Positions 59,221-64,000 of a stretch of 64,000 bases of DNA are shown piece after piece (the stretch's first letter is position 1; the number at the start of each line of letters is the position of its first letter). Below the pieces are notes generated by a model, which had not been told where the DNA came from, searched no databases, and worked only from the letters and a program-made list of their open reading frames with translations. A program made the position numbers and the translations under genes. Origin of the DNA: Malacoraja senta. Taxonomy: Eukaryota. Location: positions 20,336,001 through 20,400,000 of the forward strand of contig CM075981.1 in assembly GCA_038087875.1 (NCBI GenBank). Direction: 5' to 3'.

Positions 59221-59403
59221 TGCAGGAAGGAACTGCGGATGCTGGTTTACACCGAAGATAGACACGGAATGCTGGAGTAACTCAGTGGGACAGGCAGCAT
59301 CTTTGGAGAGAAGGAATGGGTGATGTTTCGGGTCGAGAAGTTTCTCTCCAGAGATGCTGCCTGTCCCGCTGAGTTACTCCATCATTTTGCGTCTATCTTT
59401 GAT
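59221..59403. mobile_element. Penelope-derived hairpin element; further copies or half-copies at ~1021-1270, 10680-10780, 16590-16755, 18490-18720, 26291-26423, 34935-35210, 39442-39651, 45405-45485, 48164-48550, 53640-53850, 54700-55262, 60385-60490 and 63370-63465
   Basis: aaggaactgc.gatgctgg...tgctggagtaactcag...gcagcatc arms. 13-bp TSD gccaacc(t/c)ggatg (59208-59220 and 59404-59416). Confidence 0.85.
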
Positions 59404-61251
59404 GCCAACCCGGATGGCAAGGACAAAGTGCATTGAAGAATCTGTTTCCGTGCTGATTGAAGAAGGGCGCTAACCAGAAACGTTGCCCATCCATATTCCC
59501 CACAGATGCTGCCTGACCCGCTGAGTTACTCCAGCACATTGCGTCTTCTTCCGTGCTGTGCCGCTCAATGACACTTTTCTCAAGTAATCAGCTATTTTAT
59601 GCTGTCGGTGACACCTCAGATCACTCGCTTGCTTTTCACAGAAGCGCTATCAGACCTTTTGCATCCTCCTGTATGAGTAATTGGCTCCTTCACTTGGCAT
59701 CTTATTTGCTGGGCAACTGTGCAGATGTTCTTTGTCAGTCGGTCCGCCCAAAAATACCACCCCAAAGCCAACTCCTCCACCTCCAGAGTTCATTTGATTA
59801 AAGTCAATGGAATAAACATTGGAGGTGGACTGATGGTCAGAAGACAGTTATATGGCACCAATTGCACTGAAGTTCGACTCCAGCACCTTCAACATTACGG
59901 TGACTTCTCAGATGTGCATTGGATTGTTACATTTACAAGTCCATGGAGAATACTTTGAATCAGAACTGCAGAGCTCAACATCAAGTGTGGTGGCCAAGTG
60001 AGTCTCATTTGAAAAGTGTCTGAAGAGATTTAAATTCCTCCATTTTCCAGAAAATCAAATCTGTTGTGAATGAAAATTAATTTTCCTTTCTGTGCTCCAA
60101 ATTTCCTGCCATAGTCCAGTGTGATTGACTTCTCTGGAAAAGGGAACCTAGAGCCCAAATGTCACAAAATAAATGTCTAACATTCAATGTACTATCTTGT
60201 GCTCCAGTGACTCAGTCCTTGGTGTTGACTGCATTATAACTCATCTCTGAACTCTCCATGTTCCAAGTTACAAATATTGCATAGATCTGAATGAGTTAGA
60301 GTGAGTAATTGCTGCAAAGTGAGGTCTACTCAGGTTGAGTTTATTGAAAGAATGAACTATAAAGCTATTGAACACTATGAACTACAAACTGAAGATGGAC
60401 ACAAAATGCTGGAGTAACTCAGCGGGACAGGCAGCATCTCTGGATGGAAGGAATGGGTGAAGTTTCAGGTCGAGAGCCTTCTTCAGACTGAGCGTCAGGG
60501 AAGAGAGAGTTACAGAGATAAAGAAGTGAACAAGATCAAAAGAGAAGAAAATCAGGGAAAATGTACAATCGACCATGGTTAGCTCAGAGGTGACAACCTT
60601 CTCACGGTACTCAAAGCTTCTCAAAGCTTTTCACAGTATGGTTCACCAGGGGCGGGCCCAGTACTCACGCCGCCTTTATGCTGCTCGCTCTGTCCACTCC
60701 CACCAACCAGTAGCTGGTGGGTGGGTGCGGGGGGGGGGGAGGGGGGTGAAGGGGGAAGCGAGAAACCTGCTACATAGAGATCCGTTATTGCAAGGGATTA
60801 CTGTACACATATATTATAGATATGCCAACTGTGGAGAATTGGTCAATATCTTTTTTATAATTACATCAGGATTAAGTGTTTAATTTTTGGTATTCACAGT
60901 CTGAATTAGTTTCAACACTACGTAGCTTTTAAAAACCAGCTAAAAATGGTGAATACCTAGATTACAGTATGAATATATGTGTAGAATTACATCTAGATAT
61001 CCAAATCAATTATCAACATTTGAGATGTCTTAGTTCTGATGTGAATTAGTAACTTGACATTAATTTCTGATCTCACTGTGTGTGGGTGGATTGCGTTTCA
61101 GTCATTACAAGCCCCAATTGCACTGAGCTGACTGTTTGTACAAGGCGCGTACTTGACATACTTGGAAACTGGAGAGCAACCAATTCTCACGTCGACTTTC
61201 ACTATTCAATGTTACAGAGCCAGGAATCTCCAAAACCACAGGGAAGGTCAA

Positions 61252-62060
61252 TGATAGAATAGAATAGAATAGAATAGAATGCCTTTTATTGTCATTCAAA
61301 CAGCTTGGTTTGAACGAAATTGCATATTCTACAGTCTTACATTACAAAAACCCCAAGACCCACACTTAACATAGTTTACACAAACATACATCACAGTGAA
61401 TCTCCAACACCTCCTCACTGTGATGGAAGGCAAAAGTCTTATCTCTTCACTTTGTTCTTCTCCCGCGGTCCAGCAGTCCAACTGCAACGTCGAGGTGACT
61501 GGGGCTCACGATGTTAAAGTCCCGGCGGGCGATGGTAAGTCCCGCATCCGTTAAGCCGCGCCGGGCGATGTTAGGCCCGCTCCAAGTCATTTAAACCCCG
61601 CGATTCCAGCGGGAGAATTTGCCGTTGCTGGAGCTCCGAAAAGCGGTCTTCCACCAGGGACCTGCGAGTTCCCGATGTTCCTGTCCACCGGGCCTGTGGC
61701 CGGAGCCTCTGAAGCTCCGAAGTCAGGTCGCAGCCCCGCCACAGCTCTTCCCGTTACGAAGATGGCCAGCTCCACGATGGCTGGTCCGCAGGCTCCGCGA
61801 CTGGAGCCCTTAGGTTGGGCCCGGCCGGAGGCCGTCGCCGGCTCCACAATGTTAGGCCCAACGACATCGGAGACCCAACAGGGAAAAAGTCGGGTCCCCG
61901 TACAGGGAATAGATTAACGGTTTCCCCCACCCACCATATATACACAGCTAAAGAAAAATAATAAAAATTAGAGCCAAGACATACATTTAACGAGACAAAA
62001 ATAAAAAAAAAGACAGACGGACTGTAGTTGAGCCGCTGCCATTAGGCGCCGCCTCACCAC
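61252..62060 (-). mobile_element. GC-rich non-autonomous retroelement (~0.8 kb, no ORF homology recognised)
   Basis: Homologous to 31165-31648 (+). CpG-rich body, internal stem-loop, and a tgacaataaa + (ttcta)n tail. Confidence 0.7.
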
Positions 62061-64000
62061 ATGATAGACGTCAAAATAATGATTCCATGCCTTTGTTTGA
62101 CCTGGGTACTGTCCAAATGTACTCTAATAACTTGCCACAGTTATCCACCTTCTTCCCCTACTTTCCTGCTGTAAAATGTAAATTCTTGCAAAATAGAATC
62201 ATAAAACAGTTATGGCCTGTGACAGACCTTAAGCTTCATATGGTCTGCCCATAAGGTTCATGCTAGCTCTCTGTAGAATAATTCATTCGGTTGCATATCT
62301 CTGCTCTTTTCATAAAGAATGTCATTCTTCTGTTACAGGTACATGTGACTATTAGGTCTTGATTCTTGGCCCGTGAAGTCCTGCAAATGGCCTCTCCAAC
62401 TCTGGACGACCTAATTGCCCCTATTTTCACCATTCTTCCATGCAGTGAATTCTAGATAATAAAACTTGTTGCGTCCTCCTATTTTTTAAATCAAAAATCA
62501 TTAGTTCTTTCACTATTGCAGAATGAAGCATTTACGTCCAGTGTCTTCAGACAAGTCTAATGCACAACTGATTTATGAAAGCTAATCCGATTATACATTA
62601 CTGTCTATCAAACTATCCATGTTATCTATCCTTAGAGAAAGTCCAATGTTTTATTTTGGGCAAATTGCAGCTATAACTGAGCCAGCAAGATTCTCAAGTA
62701 GATGAGAATTGGGATAAGGAATGCTGGCTACGTTGTTGTGTCTTGGAGCGATGGGACAGGCAACCATTCCAACATTTCATTTCACTGGTGCCATCACAGA
62801 AAAGGTCTTGGCATTGGAGTTTTCTACCAATAACTCTCCAAAGTTCAAAACATTCCTCCACTTTTATTCAATATTTCTTAATTCCTGCGTAAGCAATTTT
62901 TCATTCCTTCATGCAAATTGATAATGAATAGAGTGACAAGTTTCCAGATTAGATTGATGGAGAATATTATTGTTCAGATATTCTCAAGAACATTTTAATT
63001 AATTTTTCAACCCACTGCCGCAACATTATCTTTAATAATGTGAACAGTCATTTTTACTAATGTTCTTCTGTCAAAATCTTACAGCCTGATTTTTAGAAGT
63101 TTATAGATTGTCATCTTTCCTAAACTTTCCTACATCCACCAAGCTAGTAATCAAAAGGGAGAACATAGAACAGTACAGCACAGTATTAGGCCATTCGGCC
63201 CACGATGTCCATGCTGAACGAGATGCTAAGCGAGGAGGGTAGAGATAGATGAGATTGGTCTGTTTGGAGCTGGCATGAATCCGATATACCAAATGACCTC
63301 CATTGTGGCATGGTAGGTAGGTACCAGGCAAGTCCCACACTCCCACAAACACTATTTACTGACCTTTAAAAACACAAAGTGCTGGAGGAACTCAGAGGGT
63401 CAGGCAGCATCTGTGGAAGGAATGGACAGGCGATGTTTCAGGTCGGGACCCTTCTTCAGACTGGTGGAGTAGGGGGGCGAAAGCTGGAAAAGAAAGGTGT
63501 CCACTGGAATTTAAAAAACATGAGAATAGCCTAGTTATCCTGCCGCAGTCCATCACAGGTACTGACCTCCCCAACATCAAAGGGATCAACTGGAGTCACC
63601 GCCTTAATAAGGCAGCCAGCATCATCAGAAACCCACACCACCCTGGTCTCACTCGCATTTCATTCCAGCCATCGGGAAGAAGGTATAGGAGCCTGAAAAC
63701 TGTAACATCCAGGTTCAGGAACAGCTTCTTCCCTTCGATCATCAGACTATTAATCATTACAAACTCCAAATAGGCTTCAAAACAAAGATCTTAGAGCAGA
63801 TGATCTTTGCTCCAAACTATATAAACTTTGGGACACTGTTTTGTCTTTGCACTACGATTGTTTGCGTGGTTTTTACTGAACTTTTTCAGCCGTTTATTAC
63901 AGTGTTTACAGAGTAATATGTTTACATATCTGTTGTGCTGCTGCAAGTAAGAATTTCATTGCTCCATTTCGGGACATATGACAATAAAACACTCTCAACT

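Noticed and set aside
61500-61920. CpG island marking a second gene promoter
   Set aside because: The GC-rich sequence is homologous to the repeat at 31165-31648 and ends in a retroposon tail.
397-63465. Dispersed palindromic repeats as a CRISPR-like or REP-like array
   Set aside because: Vertebrate context, no regular repeat-spacer periodicity and no cas genes; explained as Penelope pLTR derivatives.
51530-64000. Semaphorin exon 8 (expected ND.GG.R.L.NKW.TFLKARL.CS)
   Set aside because: No matching exon was found by eye; it probably lies beyond the window.

Overview
Eukaryotic, repeat-dense DNA. The repeat families point to an elasmobranch, probably a skate or ray (inference from HE1/V-SINEs, CR1/HER1-type LINEs and Penelope-like hairpins). 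The window holds the 5' part of one + strand gene, a class-3 semaphorin most similar to SEMA3D and possibly its paralogue sema3h. Seven coding exons (4890-51529, 822 nt, 274 codons) splice in frame at GT-AG sites, and the gene continues beyond the window. Introns are filled with nested repeats: two full-length 1617-bp Tc1 (DD34E, Passport-like, IR/DR) transposons with open 339-aa transposases in inverted orientation, a young CR1 with an RT domain nested in an older CR1, a Neptune-type Penelope-like element (GIY-YIG), many Penelope-derived hairpin elements with hammerhead-like cores and 10-15 bp TSDs, about 20 V-SINEs, Rex1/Babar remnants and GC-rich non-autonomous elements. The most notable observations are (i) the inverted Tc1 pair, (ii) a templated copy that preserves the empty pre-insertion site of one Tc1, (iii) a covarying stem-loop core shared by non-autonomous elements that carry different LINE tails, and (iv) the hammerhead-bearing hairpin family. 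There are two assembly gaps. Family names come from recalled motifs, not database searches, and most repeat boundaries are approximate.
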